Positions 13,069-25,600 of a stretch of DNA of 64,000 bases are shown in pieces; within the stretch, counting starts at the first letter, position 1; each line of letters starts with the position of its first letter. Under the pieces are notes generated by a model. That model searched no databases. It saw only the letters and a program-made list of their open reading frames with translations, and was not told the DNA's origin. Position numbers and translations under genes: made by a program. The stretch is from Paecilomyces variotii (lineage: Eukaryota), in NCBI GenBank assembly GCA_004022145.1, contig RCNU01000004.1; one strand, given 5' to 3'.

Positions 13069-14857
13069 TCAGACTATATGAAATGCTTCCAAAGCATCCA
13101 TAAACCCTGCAACGGCACTGATACCCAGTAGTCCTCTAGTTGCGCCTCTCTTCAGGTTCTTATGGCGGTCTCTTCTATCATCTCGTGATTCTCGCCCACT
13201 GCCAGGGGGAGACTGGATCCGGACATGTTTATCCCGCGAATCGCGGGGCCGCGTATGACGGGATGGCCGATGTGCATGGTGATACTGAGGATCTGTATGA
13301 GGGCTGGAACTCATGTAGGATGGCTGGCGTGGAGACGTAGAATGCGCAGGACTCGACGACATTAGATGAGGTGAGGATCTGTCTTGCGGGCTGTGGTGGT
13401 AATACTGCTGGGGGTGCTGAGGCCGAGGGATAGATGGCGGTCGAGGATGATTGTGATAATGTTGGTGATGATGGTGATGGTGATCAGGTCCCTTCCGCGG
13501 ACGGGAATCGCGATATGACGAGCTCGACGAGTTGTGGCCGTGGTCGCTGACGTGTCCGCCGGTATGAGCATAGAATGCAGGTGGAGGCTTAATGTCTTTC
13601 GGTGGCGTCTTTGTCTCCGCGCTGGTCACGCCCTCGTCCTGTGTCTTCTGTTCGCTGCGGTCATCGCTTGAATCTGAGCTGTCCGAATCACTATCAACGT
13701 GCGCTTGGTACTTGGAATATTCCTCTCGCAACTTGGCAGCATGTTCCCTCGCCTGCTGCGAGTGAGGCTTTCTCCAATCATCCGTCGTCCCTTCCAGATA
13801 GTACCCTTTGATATCGTGGCCATCAAACTCGCTGCGGAGGCTGTCGTCGTCAGTATCAGAATCGATGGCTGGGCTGCTGATCTGGATATCTGGTATGGTC
13901 TCAAACGAGCTGCCATATGCGTCTGGAAAGCGAGTCCAAATGTGAAGTAACGAGTTGATGACCCGATCAGAGCACTGTATCATTCCTTTCGGAGAGTCAT
14001 GTATGGCACCCATGGAAGCGTCAAGGTCTGCAAGGGATGCAACGTGTATTTTGACCGGTCCACCAGTCTTGGATCTGGAATCAGCTTGTCGAGAAGACGG
14101 TATACTGTTCCGCACTGGCGGATCCCAGCCCATTAATGAGTTCATTGCATCATGCTCCGTTTCCCTGGCTTCCTGCTCTGCACGATGCCGTAAACGGTCA
14201 AGACGTCTGAGGGACCAGTATCGGACGATGACCATGTTTTGGGTGTCAGCCCTTTCTTGTGCGATCTCATCGTCGACATTGGATCCATCTCCTCTCCTGT
14301 TCTACCGTTAGTCGGTAATCGCACGGATATAAGCCGATTTCCCAACCTCTTGGCTTCTATTAGCTTACCAAGCTGCAGAACCTGCAGCATCACAGCGAGA
14401 CTGAGTTTCAGACATTCGAGTTGCGATAGAAGATAAGTGACACGATGCTTTTTGAAACACCATCTCACACGTTGCTGTACGGAGAGGCCGTGGGTAGTTG
14501 CCAGCGCTTCAGACGCTTTGAGTCTATCCAGCATATCTTCAATTTCATTCAGGATCATGTAGCCTTGGTCCGTGATCTCCCTTGCCTCCGCAAGTGCTTG
14601 GGCAGAGTGCACAGGGTCAGTTTCCCGTAATGCCTTCCCGACATGTTTGAGCGCTAACGCGAACAATGAGACTCCTTTGGAGATGCTATGGATCTCGATC
14701 CCAGAGCTTGCTATCTGACATGCCACGGCGTTGAGCAAAAGGGACAATCTGAATCCAGCATTTGCCACGCCTAGTACCGGAGCGACACTTCCTTCAAGAT
14801 GGTCTCAGCGAGAGGGATCTCCTCGTAGCATGGAAAATACTTACCGGTGTCAGTCAT
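13069..14857 (-). CDS. Hypothetical protein: helical N-terminal domain plus low-complexity His/Pro/Ser-rich tail
   Basis: Exon 1 ATG ACT GAC ACC G|gtaagt splices in frame to GSVAPVLGVANAGFRLSLLL; ORFs 14142-14768 and 13069-14235 are joined by a probable intron near 14310-14360. The N-terminus (RVRWCFKKHRVTYLLSQLECLKLSL) resembles fungal N-terminal helical domains. Confidence 0.7.
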
Positions 14858-15951
14858 CGTTACGGAGAATTATTCGTGTCCGCTCGGCTGAAATGAACTC
14901 CAGGTAAACCGAGTGTACTCGGAACACACATTTGGCTCTTATGGTAGGTGTTGGTCTGGGCCCAGGGCAAAAAGAGCATTTCAAACTATACTGGATTCTT
15001 CTGGTCTTCTGCCAGTCGATTGGTAAGTTGGCCACCGTGTGAAGCTTCTCTGTATTGTATTGGCTGTGGCCATTCCGTCAATTATCGTATTTCGCAATGA
15101 GGCTCCAAAACCTGTCGGCCACCACGGGCCTGCGGGGATATCTTTCATCGCTATTATTGGATGTAGGATGAGTAACAAGTCGCCTTAAGCCATTCAGATC
15201 AGCATCACGCAGCGCCCGGCTGAAGAACAAGTGCGCAGGGCAGGCTAAATACGAGAACGCGGTAGTCTTCTCTCGGCAGGGCGTTGATGTGGGATAGCCG
15301 GAAGGCTGATCCCGACGTCATTGGGGTTTCAATGCTTCGGTCAGCTCAGCCTCACGACTGGATAATACGATTGTCAGAAGCGATGCAGCTCTATGGTAGG
15401 GCCCTCCAGAGCACTGCTTGAGATCTCAGCTTAGATCAGCTGTCTCATGAGGTGAACCCCAAAGTGGACATCGCTCGTCTCTACTCTGCAAATATATATA
15501 ATCAACGAAATGCTTCTCACCAGTGAAATAGCCACCAATGTCATTATGTGACTTCCAACAGCGTTTGAGCTAATACAACGATCAAAAGGTCTTCAGCAGA
15601 TTGGACCATTTCTTACTGACTCACACCTACTCTTCCATACCTATCTCGAACGGCTGCAGATATGTCCGAAGAAGCGCAGTGGATATAACGAACACCAACC
15701 TAAGCCCCCATTACGATGCTCTACTAGTAGAGGCAAGCTTTCTTAGTATTTATATTACGAGACCATCTTCTAACGGAAAGGTCAGCACTACAAGTTCCAC
15801 AACGATAATCCAGAATCGGTGTCTATTTCCTGAAGCAAAATCCCGTCAATTTTTATCCAGAAGAACTATCTTTTGATAGTCGTACAGTACATAATCGATA
15901 CAAAACAGGTTAAGATCTACACAGGACAATGTACCCAAGTGAAAATAAAAT

Positions 15952-18900
15952 CTACTGCCTTACACAAACCACAGGTGCCAATTCATACCCATCATATCGA
16001 CACCGGGAAACTGGCTTCTGTGCATTCTCTGGGTCCGCCAACCAAGCAGCCGCACACAGAAAGTGCTGAAGAATGTATTCCGCCTCCTTCTCAGGCAGGT
16101 CCGGATACATGTGAATCATGTCCATATGCATTACGTTCCTGTCCTTCAAATAGGGCATCCATGACCATGCTGTTGGAGACAGATGGGTCGATCCAATCAT
16201 CTCCAGAGCCTGCTCGGGCTTTACCGTGAATGGCTCTAACAGCCAGTCGAATATTTGGCCATGGAAAAGGTCGCGGACCATAGCAATATCGGCAGTGCCG
16301 TTTTCGAATTGCGCCAGCTTGTCGAAAACTCTACCGATTGGAGCATGTTCACGAACCATCATCTCGTCCTGATCGGCTCGAATTTTGGTCAGCAATTCGA
16401 GCGCAGTTTCGTCTGGTACGACGGGAATGCGTGAAGCCGGGTTCGTGAAGGTCGGTCCATCGATTTCCATCGTGCTTGATGGTGCAGTACTTGTGTCGGC
16501 TTCCAGAGGCCACGACCGGCCGGACTGGAGGTTTAGGAAAATAGCCTCGCGTGCTCCCGAGTGTCGGACATTGACCAAGGCACAGGCAGCCATGGCGATG
16601 ATCGGGGCAGATATGCCAAAAGCCAACCGCATCTGTGTAAGATGAGGAAGGCGAACGTCGGAACTAACGATAGTTCGTGTGTACGCTGCATGCCCGGGCC
16701 CAATGATACCGTCCTCGTGCAGATGACCAAAGTACACCATATGGCCTTCCTCAATCGGGCGCCCAAAGGGCAATATGGCATCTTTAGCAGCAGAAATGCC
16801 CCGGAGCCTGCGGGCGTAAAACTCGACCGACTCGTCGGCCTCCGGAGTCGACCGATATGCATCATAGGCAGCGGCGAAATGACGGTAAGGTTGCCATGTT
16901 AACATAGGCTTCCCATCTAAAAGATGATCTAGATCCTGGAACCAGCGTCCTAGCAGTGCCCCATCGAAAATAACATGATGCATGTGCAGAATAAATCCGC
17001 AGATGGATGTCCCTCGCACAGGTAGAACGGTGAGTTTGCAGAGAGGTCCAGTCCTCGAATCAACGCAGTCCTCCGGTTGGTAGTCTATCACTGCTTTTAT
17101 GTTCTCGACTTCGGGCCCATGGATTATTTGCTGTTCAAGCCAAGATTCAAGGGGGCGCATGACTGCATAGACTGGCCTTTCGTTGTCAACAGTCGCAACC
17201 ATGCTGCGCAGTAACCCGTGTCGCCGCAGCCATGTCTCTAAGACGGCCGTTACTTGATCTGCAGTCAAAGGCCGTCGGATGATGAAAGGTATCCGGAAAT
17301 CCCAGGCACCAGGGAACGGCCGGTTCACGCCCATGAGTCCGAGGATGTCCGTCATTAGGACAAGCTCCTCGATATCATCTGCGTCGATTCCCAACTGCGA
17401 AGCAGCTATTTCCTTCTTGATATCGACAATGATGGCGCTGGTGGTCGATTGAGGTGACACAGGAAGGCTCAACTGTGCTGTTCCTTTCTTACCCAATAGC
17501 TGAGCTTGCTTCTGGACGGTATCCGCAGCCAACAAATCCTTCAGGGTGAGCTTCCATCCCTTCTTCTTCGCCAGGTTAAGGAACTGGATCTGCATCGTGC
17601 TGTCTGTGAACGTGCGAATTGGCATGTCAGGCTTGATATTCTCAGGCTCTACTCCAGAGATAGCAGACCAACAGGCCGTGAGTTCCTCACTGATGTCAAC
17701 TCTCAGTGTGGTGTCAACTCTTGAAGGAATATTGGTTGTTTGTATGTCTGATGTGGCGGGTGTACCAGAAATTTGCACACGAGACTCCGGTGTCGTATGG
17801 TTCTCTATATGACCCACCACCCATTCCTTGATTATATTTTTCTTAATCTTGCCGGAGGTAGTCGTTGGGTATTTCTCGCGGCCCAGATCATTTTGAAGGT
17901 GCAGGATCAGTTTCGGCGCGAACGACCGGCCCAGGGCTCGTATCACAGCGGACTGAAGCTCGTTGAAGAAAGCCTTGCTTTTCTCGTCGCGTGTCTCGAT
18001 GACAGCTACTGGGACTTCACCCGCAATATCATCGGGTGCTCCAACCACTACCGCACTTTTAACTCCCGGCTGACCGCATAAGCATTGTTCGATCTTCAAC
18101 GGGGAGATATTTTCACCTCCCCGAATGATCAAGTCCTTGTATCTCCCCAGTAGATAGACACAACCCTCCTCATCCATATATCCACGATCTCCAGTCGCAA
18201 ACCAAGGCACGGCTCCCTCACGGTAGCAGCTGGAATTATCTTCCTTACTACCGTCAAAATATCCATCAAAGACCGGATAACCTCCTTGGTGGAGCTCGCC
18301 GATTTCACCGCAACGCAAGGGTTCTCTGCTACCCGGAGCACAAATGCGAAGATGAGATCCCCCTTTCGCAGTCCCTAGACAGACATCGTCACCGTCCTCA
18401 GCGTTTGTAATTCTCGGGTCGTTCACATCCATCGGGTTGAATAACGTCGCAACACCTTCAGTCGTCCCGTATCCCGCAATGATCTGTTTCGCACCGAGCG
18501 ACTTGCACGTCCACAGGACATCCGGCGTGATAGGGGCTCCTCCAAGACAGATCCCGAACGGAGAGGGGAGCTTCTTGTCAGCGGTCGTTGAGTAGGTATG
18601 CATAGCGTAGACCATTGTCGGTACGCAGGCCATATACACCTTGGATCCTGACCCGAGTGCCTCGAAGGATGCCGTGACGTTAAATTCAGGACTTGGAAAC
18701 ACGACAGTTCCACCGGATACCCAAAATGTCAAGATAAACGCAACACTAAAAATGTGGAAAGAGGGCAAGTGCTGGCAGAGAGTACTTTCTGGCCCTATCG
18801 ACCAGTGATCGGCAAGTCCCAACGCCGGAGTGACGATGGTAACCGATGTATGAGGGCAGACTTTCGGGCGAGATGTTGTACCACTGGTACATAGCATGAG

Positions 18901-19524
18901 GATGGTATCATCGCGCTTTAACGAAGAAATCGAATTTGTTGTAGGAGAAGGCCCAGTCATGAGTGCAGCTAGAGTCGTCCAGCCGCGTGGCAGAGAGCCA
19001 TCTACTTCTCCTACTACTCCTGTAGAGAGAACGCATTTTACTCGTATCTGTGGCATTAATTCCGTCTCAAGGATATTCTCAATCTGGCGGGCAAGGCTGA
19101 GATTCGACACAAAGATTGACTCAGCCCAAACTTTTCTCAAAAGATACACCGCATCGGATGGTTGATTGAGGGTTCGAGGATCCAGCGGGACAAAGTGGCA
19201 TCCCAGCCGCGCACTCGCAAGAAACAAGATCGCCCATTCAATTTCATTAAACAAAAAGGTGGCGATACGATTCCCTCGCCGTACGCCCGCAGCAGCAAGT
19301 CGATGAGCTAGGCGGATACTCCCATCGCGGAGTTGAGAATATGTCCAGCGAAGAGTACCCATGCCGAGGTGATCTTTCTGATGGAGCGACATGACAGCCG
19401 TGCGATCAGGATGTCGTTGCGCGACCCGGTCGAACACAGTGACCAGATCATCTGCTGGTTCGCGTTGTCGCTCATCTTTTGATTGCGCAACAAGGCGCTG
19501 GATGGTTGTGGTCTCAATCGCCAT
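15952..19524 (-). CDS. NRPS-like enzyme, A(acyl-CoA-ligase-type)-T-C, 1190 aa, intronless
   Basis: LCTSGTTSRPK, HLPSFHIF, GYGTTEG, FATGDRG, GRYKDLIIRGGENISP, PTTTSGKIKK. T domain with FTDS; C domain HMHHVIFDG. Confidence 0.88.
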   Translation of the reverse strand: MAIETTTIQRLVAQSKDERQREPADDLVTVFDRVAQRHPDRTAVMSLHQKDHLGMGTLRWTYSQLRDGSIRLAHRLAAAGVRRGNRIATFLFNEIEWAILFLASARLGCHFVPLDPRTLNQPSDAVYLLRKVWAESIFVSNLSLARQIENILETELMPQIRVKCVLSTGVVGEVDGSLPRGWTTLAALMTGPSPTTNSISSLKRDDTILMLCTSGTTSRPKVCPHTSVTIVTPALGLADHWSIGPESTLCQHLPSFHIFSVAFILTFWVSGGTVVFPSPEFNVTASFEALGSGSKVYMACVPTMVYAMHTYSTTADKKLPSPFGICLGGAPITPDVLWTCKSLGAKQIIAGYGTTEGVATLFNPMDVNDPRITNAEDGDDVCLGTAKGGSHLRICAPGSREPLRCGEIGELHQGGYPVFDGYFDGSKEDNSSCYREGAVPWFATGDRGYMDEEGCVYLLGRYKDLIIRGGENISPLKIEQCLCGQPGVKSAVVVGAPDDIAGEVPVAVIETRDEKSKAFFNELQSAVIRALGRSFAPKLILHLQNDLGREKYPTTTSGKIKKNIIKEWVVGHIENHTTPESRVQISGTPATSDIQTTNIPSRVDTTLRVDISEELTACWSAISGVEPENIKPDMPIRTFTDSTMQIQFLNLAKKKGWKLTLKDLLAADTVQKQAQLLGKKGTAQLSLPVSPQSTTSAIIVDIKKEIAASQLGIDADDIEELVLMTDILGLMGVNRPFPGAWDFRIPFIIRRPLTADQVTAVLETWLRRHGLLRSMVATVDNERPVYAVMRPLESWLEQQIIHGPEVENIKAVIDYQPEDCVDSRTGPLCKLTVLPVRGTSICGFILHMHHVIFDGALLGRWFQDLDHLLDGKPMLTWQPYRHFAAAYDAYRSTPEADESVEFYARRLRGISAAKDAILPFGRPIEEGHMVYFGHLHEDGIIGPGHAAYTRTIVSSDVRLPHLTQMRLAFGISAPIIAMAACALVNVRHSGAREAIFLNLQSGRSWPLEADTSTAPSSTMEIDGPTFTNPASRIPVVPDETALELLTKIRADQDEMMVREHAPIGRVFDKLAQFENGTADIAMVRDLFHGQIFDWLLEPFTVKPEQALEMIGSTHLSPTAWSWMPYLKDRNVMHMDMIHMYPDLPEKEAEYILQHFLCAAAWLADPENAQKPVSRCRYDGYELAPVVCVRQ

Positions 19525-19546
19525 AATCCAGTATACTGGAAGACCA

Positions 19547-19580
19547 AGTTAGCCCTCGTGTCCAGTTAGCCCTCGTGTCC
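19547..19580. repeat. Perfect 17-bp tandem duplication (AGTTAGCCCTCGTGTCC)x2
   Basis: Read directly: copies at 19547-19563 and 19564-19580, just upstream of the NRPS-like ATG. Confidence 0.9.
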
Positions 19581-21718
19581 AAGTGATGGGACATATACAC
19601 ACCTATGGCAGGATAACGTTGAAACCAAATGATTTCCTTTTACGGTATCATCAGCAAAGGCGTTGTACGATAACGCGTTAGGCACTTATAAGGGACACGA
19701 CAAGACACGCCTAACCACGCGATAGGTGTCAGGTCCGGGGAAAAAGGGGGGGCGCTGGAGAATCTAGAGAGTTGATAATGGTTTGAGGCTAGAGCCCTAG
19801 GATTTCTCTCTCCATCGCGATTCCTCCCCCTACCTCGTATTGCATGACAGTGGAGAATGTGGACTAATATTCCTATCTTAGCTGTACTGCCCCCCTGCTC
19901 TTGATGAAGTTTCCGCGCGTTTCAACGGACCAAGGATCAGGTAAGAGATGATCAGGTGTTCGAGATTCCGCTATTGGTGCGGATCGCAGATACAGGGGCA
20001 AAGGACCAATGTTAAAAGCCCCTGGATAGATCGCTGTCAGGTTCAGAGCGGTGTGTTGATTGAACAAGTGGATTCTATTCAGCCATGGTTTTAGCATATT
20101 TGCTTAAATTAAGTTCGTCAGCTTGTCAAAGAGTCTGGCAATCCTATCTAGTATCTAGTTATTCGCCGCATTTGGACCTATCCGAAACATTCAACATGCG
20201 TTACAATGTTCTTTCGAGCTATTGTCAGACTTGACAGGTATGCGACCCAAATCTATGATGCATCGATATGCCTCTCTGTTTTCTGGACCTGTAGAGTTCG
20301 TCCGCGCTAAAACTGGGCGTCTATTTGACATGTCCCTTATGTAAAAAAGGTTCATTAGGGGAAAGCACGCGAGGAAACCAGGAGTATTATTATAAAGAAA
20401 GAATGTCAATTGGAGGTAGACATTCTGTTTGTAACAATTATACAACACCGGAATGTCGATAGATAAAAGCATAAACAAGGACCTTGCAGCTATAAATCAA
20501 TGGTTGGTAAAGATTGGCGAGATATTTAACTTCAAAGCGGGAATTATTTAATACTAGATATACTCAACAGATGATTTCCTGTTTCTGTATTACCATTTCA
20601 GCGAACTTTGCGCGTGAAATATATACCGTCACGTGATCGAATTTACCCTATCTCATCCCTTGCGACCATTATTGTTTCCTGTCAGTCAATAATACAATAG
20701 CTACTTGCAATGTTATTAACAAAGCAATTATATCTCTAACACCTCAACTTTTCATTAAATACGTGTAAACCACAGAGGCGCCAGAGGCCATAGTTTTTTT
20801 ACATCATGTGTGGAATGCGTAAACGGAATACGGCCGATCTTTGCGCTCTTGACGCAAGGAGACAGTTGATCGACATAACCACGGAGCAATCATTTCACAG
20901 CACAATGTTTTCCTAATCTCTAAGAATGGCTTTCGCGTCAAATCCAGTGTAATGTGGCGTTAGATACGCCGTAGATCTGTCCAATTGATGATCAACGAGA
21001 CATCCCGCCCGGCCATTTACTCCAGGACGAACATGGCGAACTTCTAGAGTACCTACTCAGTATGATAGTTCACAAAAGACCCACGTGGTCGGCAAGCTTA
21101 AGTCAATTGCCTTACTTGACCCGCCCAGTAGTTGACTGCATGGTTCAATCCCTCGTTGCCTCATCCCAGCTCTAACATACCATCCCTTGCCTGCGGAGTG
21201 CATTGCATGTTGTCGCTCGTCTACGCTGTATTGACTGGAAGCTAAACTAATATTATACAGGCCTTCTTACGGATTACTTCGGCGCAGATGCCACATTGAC
21301 CCGTATCTACTCACCAGCACATGTCAATTTTCATTTATCATATTCGTGGTATCGATAACGATAGGCTATATGTAGTCCAAATACCCTAGTGAATAGAGAG
21401 GCGAGAGACGGAACAGGAAAAGAGCCGCTTTTTCTTGCCCAAGTCCCCGAGCCTTGTATTTGTTTCAAAAATACCAAGCTGAACTAAGAAGAATAATAGC
21501 GTTTGACAAACCAAATAATATTGAGGTTTCATCTGATGGTATCGTGGCATTGAGAACATAAGAACTCTACTAGACAGATGCACGGAATGCTCTGAGCACA
21601 CACCAACTACATGCAGGATATGACTGAGGTATGCCACTGCATACACATACAACTGCCTGGAGCTCGCTTTCAGTAAGGTCTCACCGATATTTCCCAACAG
21701 GAAAAGATCCCAACCGAA

Positions 21719-22813
21719 ATGGGGCTGAACACGACTACCGATTACCCGAAGAAGTTTCGGATCCTGATGATTCATGGTGAGTGATATCCTACTTATCATC
21801 CCACAATCGTTGCTAACAACTAACCCTGCATCCTTACAGGATTCGCTGCTTCGGGACAGAAGTTCGAAGCAAAAGCAAGACCTATATCAGACCGCATAAA
21901 CGAATTGCTCACTCCAAAAATCATCGATGAGTTCGCTGGAGGTATTGAGTTCTTATACCCCGATGCGCCTATTGTCCTAGAATGCCCAATTGGACTGGAA
22001 GAGAGGCGCGATGACGATGCAGATGACAAGGATAAGAATGGTCAAAGCACAATCGAAGAAGAACCTAGGGACCTCTCGAATCGTGCATGGTGGTATGGCC
22101 GAGATACAATCCACGCTTATAAAGGCCTCGAAGATTCGCTCTCATCTGTGGCTACATTTATCCGCAATCGGCCCATCCATGGAGTCATTGGATTCTCTCA
22201 AGGTGCTGCAATGTCGGGAATGATTACTTCTATCCTTGACTGTCGCGACAATCCCTCAAAGGTGGCCGCCTTACGAGGGCAAGGTCTTCCAGTGGACGAC
22301 TTCCTCAATCTCCCCGGCCAGCACCCGTTGAGGTTCTTCATCGGGTGTGGAGGATATCAAGGAACACTGAAATATTACGGGAGTCTGTACGATTGGCCGA
22401 TTCAGACACCAAGTTGCCATACAATCGCCGATATAGATGGTGTTGTGGAGGATTACCGGACCATAAACCTGGCACGTTGTTTCTCCTCCGCAAAAATGGT
22501 GCACTACTTCGGTTCTCATTTCGTCCCAAGAGATCGTGCTACTGTACAAACTCTCGCGTGCTTTGCCGTGAAGAATTCTTGCAGTGGCCCCGCGTCAGAT
22601 GGTGTACCATCGGTTGCTCCTTCACTGAGTCAACCGGCAAAGAGAAATGCCAGCAAAGATAGGGATGATAATAGACTGGGCTATACAAACTCACAAAAGT
22701 CACTTCAGTCGGCTAAGAGAAGAAAGATATTCACTCTCCGCAGCCGACGAAAACAAGTTGTATCCACACGCCAGATTGTCCCCGCATTTAACCACTCATG
22801 CTTCGTTGTCTAA
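21719..22813 (+). CDS. FSH1/DUF341 serine hydrolase (LovG-like family)
   Basis: MGLNTTTDYPKKFRILMIHG|FAASGQKF (intron ~21777-21839), YPDAP, RAWW, GVIGFSQGA nucleophile elbow, DGVV and GSHFVP completing a Ser-Asp-His triad. Confidence 0.87.
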
Positions 22814-23054
22814 CGATAGGGCACATGGGCGATGAAGCTGTTAGAGGGGAATTGGGCATTAGATCTGCGAGTTAACATGAGGATATCCAGCTTATGTCTG
22901 TTTATGAGGAGTATAAAGTTGTTATATGTTGTATCTAGCATTTATTGTTACTATTGTTCTCCTTCCCAGGGGATTTACTATCGAGTTTGAACCTTGAAAA
23001 TTGTAAACGAGTATTTTTTTTTTTCTTATGCATCCAATGAGATGTATCTAGACC

Positions 23055-24424
23055 TCATGAATGTCCTTGTATAGCTCTAGGAACATATAGTTCTTCCAAG
23101 TACCGCTCTTCCTCCTCTGAAAGCTCCTTGCCCCTAGCATCCAGAGCCTCCTTTATGCGGTCGCTTGAACTGAACCCAATAATGGGAGCCGTGACCCTTC
23201 GGTTAAGCCAGGCCAAGCTCACATGGCTCATTGGCCATCCTCGAATTGTAGCAATCTCCCTTACCCTTGTTACAATACCATGTAGGTCCTGGTCACCATT
23301 GTCATATAGTGATCCGTTAGTGCTAAATGCCGCCCGTTTTGAAAATGTGCTCTGTGTTGGGTCACGGGCCAATCTTCCTGATGCCAACGGAGCCCACTGT
23401 TGAGGGAATAGGTAATTAGCACTTGTAGAACGGCGTGTTGTCAGACTTATCGGGAGACATTACAGGAATAAGGCCGATGCCTGTGAGATTGCAAAATGGG
23501 TTCATCTCGCGCTCTTCTTCCCGATATAATAAATTGTAGTGATTTTGCATTGAAATGAATTTGGTCCATCCGTGTTTCTCTGCGGTGTGCTGCAAGGTGG
23601 CGAATTGATATGTCCACATTGAACTGGCTCCAATGTAGCGGATGCACCCTGACCTTACTAGATCATCTAAGGCGCGCATTGTTTCCTCTGGTGGAACCGT
23701 TGGGTCGTATCGATGGATTTGAAGAACGTCGATATAGCTGGTGTTAAGACGCTTAAGAGATCCCTCGACGGCTTTGAAAATAGCGCTTCGTGATAGGCCT
23801 TGATACGAGTTAAAGTCTACGCGAATGATGGATAAAGGGAGAGATCTTTTTTATCGGGGTAAAACAGAAAAGAATTACATACCCCATTGGTTCACATAGT
23901 CCTTGCTTGAATCTGCCAACGCATGATGCATGGTTACCTTAGAACCAGGATCGTAGTTTTCAGAATCACAGACGACCCTATAGCACTTTGTCATGAGAAC
24001 AACCTTCTCACGAGGGATCTTGTGTGTCTGAAGGGCCTTGCCCATGACCCTCTCGGATTCGCCATTAGAATAGACATTCGCCGTGTCCCACTTGCATTAT
24101 ATTAATTTATTGCCCTAAAGGGAAAGTCTAAGTGCAAACATACCGTGTTTATTCCGCTATCATAAGCTGTTTTCAAAAGATCAAGTGCCTATCAACCAGT
24201 AAGCAGAAGCAATCACATGAGAGAACAACAGAAGGAAATACATGATCTTCGTCTAGTACCCATGGGAGCCAGCGAGAACTACCCAAGTTCATACCGCCAA
24301 GGATTGGATTTGACACTCGCAGACCGGAGTTCCCAAGTCTTCGATACTCCGCCTTCGAGCGTGCCACAGACTCGCGCAGACATTGGGGCGCTTTTGCTAG
24401 GTTTTCTAGCACTATCCTGCTCAT
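23055..24424 (-). CDS. Aldo-keto reductase, multi-exon
   Basis: [76 protein letters not shown]. Catalytic D/Y/K/H residues are visible. Confidence 0.92.
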
Positions 24425-25600
24425 GTTGGACGGAATATATGATACATTTGATGCCAGAATTCGGCGATGAATCACTGTCCTTCGGATTCACCACAGATAA
24501 CCCGAAATTTATGTTTAACCACCTCTGTCGGACAATCGACCCGAATCTTATGCTAAATGAGGGGAACTCGAACACGCGCAGATTGACACAGCTAGGACAC
24601 AGCCTAGTGTGTCCAGATTACTGTAACAACTAGTAAATCCCGACTGCAGCTGCGGAGTTGTGGCGGCTTGATTGTGTCTGTGGCTTAGCTACCCCGGCGG
24701 ACTTCATGATCACTGCGATATGGCTCCTCCTCCTTAGCCCTTCATCTTAACCCGTGAAAATCTATGCGCTTAATATTACCAATATCCTTAGCCAAGGATT
24801 GCTGTACAGGTAATTATTAATCATTCCGTGTCAGAACACCTAAAGCCCCCTTCCAGCTCTTAGTTCGAACCCCTTCCTTCGCCAAGGTTCAGTATGTAAA
24901 GTACGTCTAGTAAGTTACCAGTGGTGTTACGATACAAATACCCCCATCCGACATTGTATGTAGAAAAGTATCAAGACATGCTAAAGTCCTCACGATACAC
25001 GATTAGATTCACATTTTCTTATAAGCTGCCTTTTTCTTCTTGGCCTCACTTGTCTTTGTAAGCCTGCTTTCCCAAAATCATTGAACGAAGATAAAAATAT
25101 CCATTCCTCGTCGATGACGCATCCACTCAAGGGATAGATAGCTATCACGGATTGCCGATCCCTTTTTGAAACGAACATGCTGTTTACAAATGATGCACCA
25201 ATCTATTGCGCTGTGGGTCAATCATATGATAGACACGAGAGACTGACCACGGCTGAGTGTCACCCCTTCTTTGTCCTAGTGAAAATATTCGAGTTTTCAA
25301 GCGCCCTCGGTCAAGTTTGACGTTATTACGAACTTTGGTCAGAACTTTGATCTGAGCTTGCAAACGCTATATAATAACAAGACCATAACCCTTTTTCGCG
25401 CGTGGCAGATAAATGAGACCAACAATTTGGACCTAGCCACCCGGCAGCGGTAGGTCGGAATGGATATGTTGTCACAATTGATGAGGTGGACGGATTTGCA
25501 GGTATGATCGAGACCGAGAGACATTGAATTGCGATGAATCTGAGTACCTAATATATCGGATATGTAGTTGCCAATCGATTTAAAAAGGATATTCCGAACC

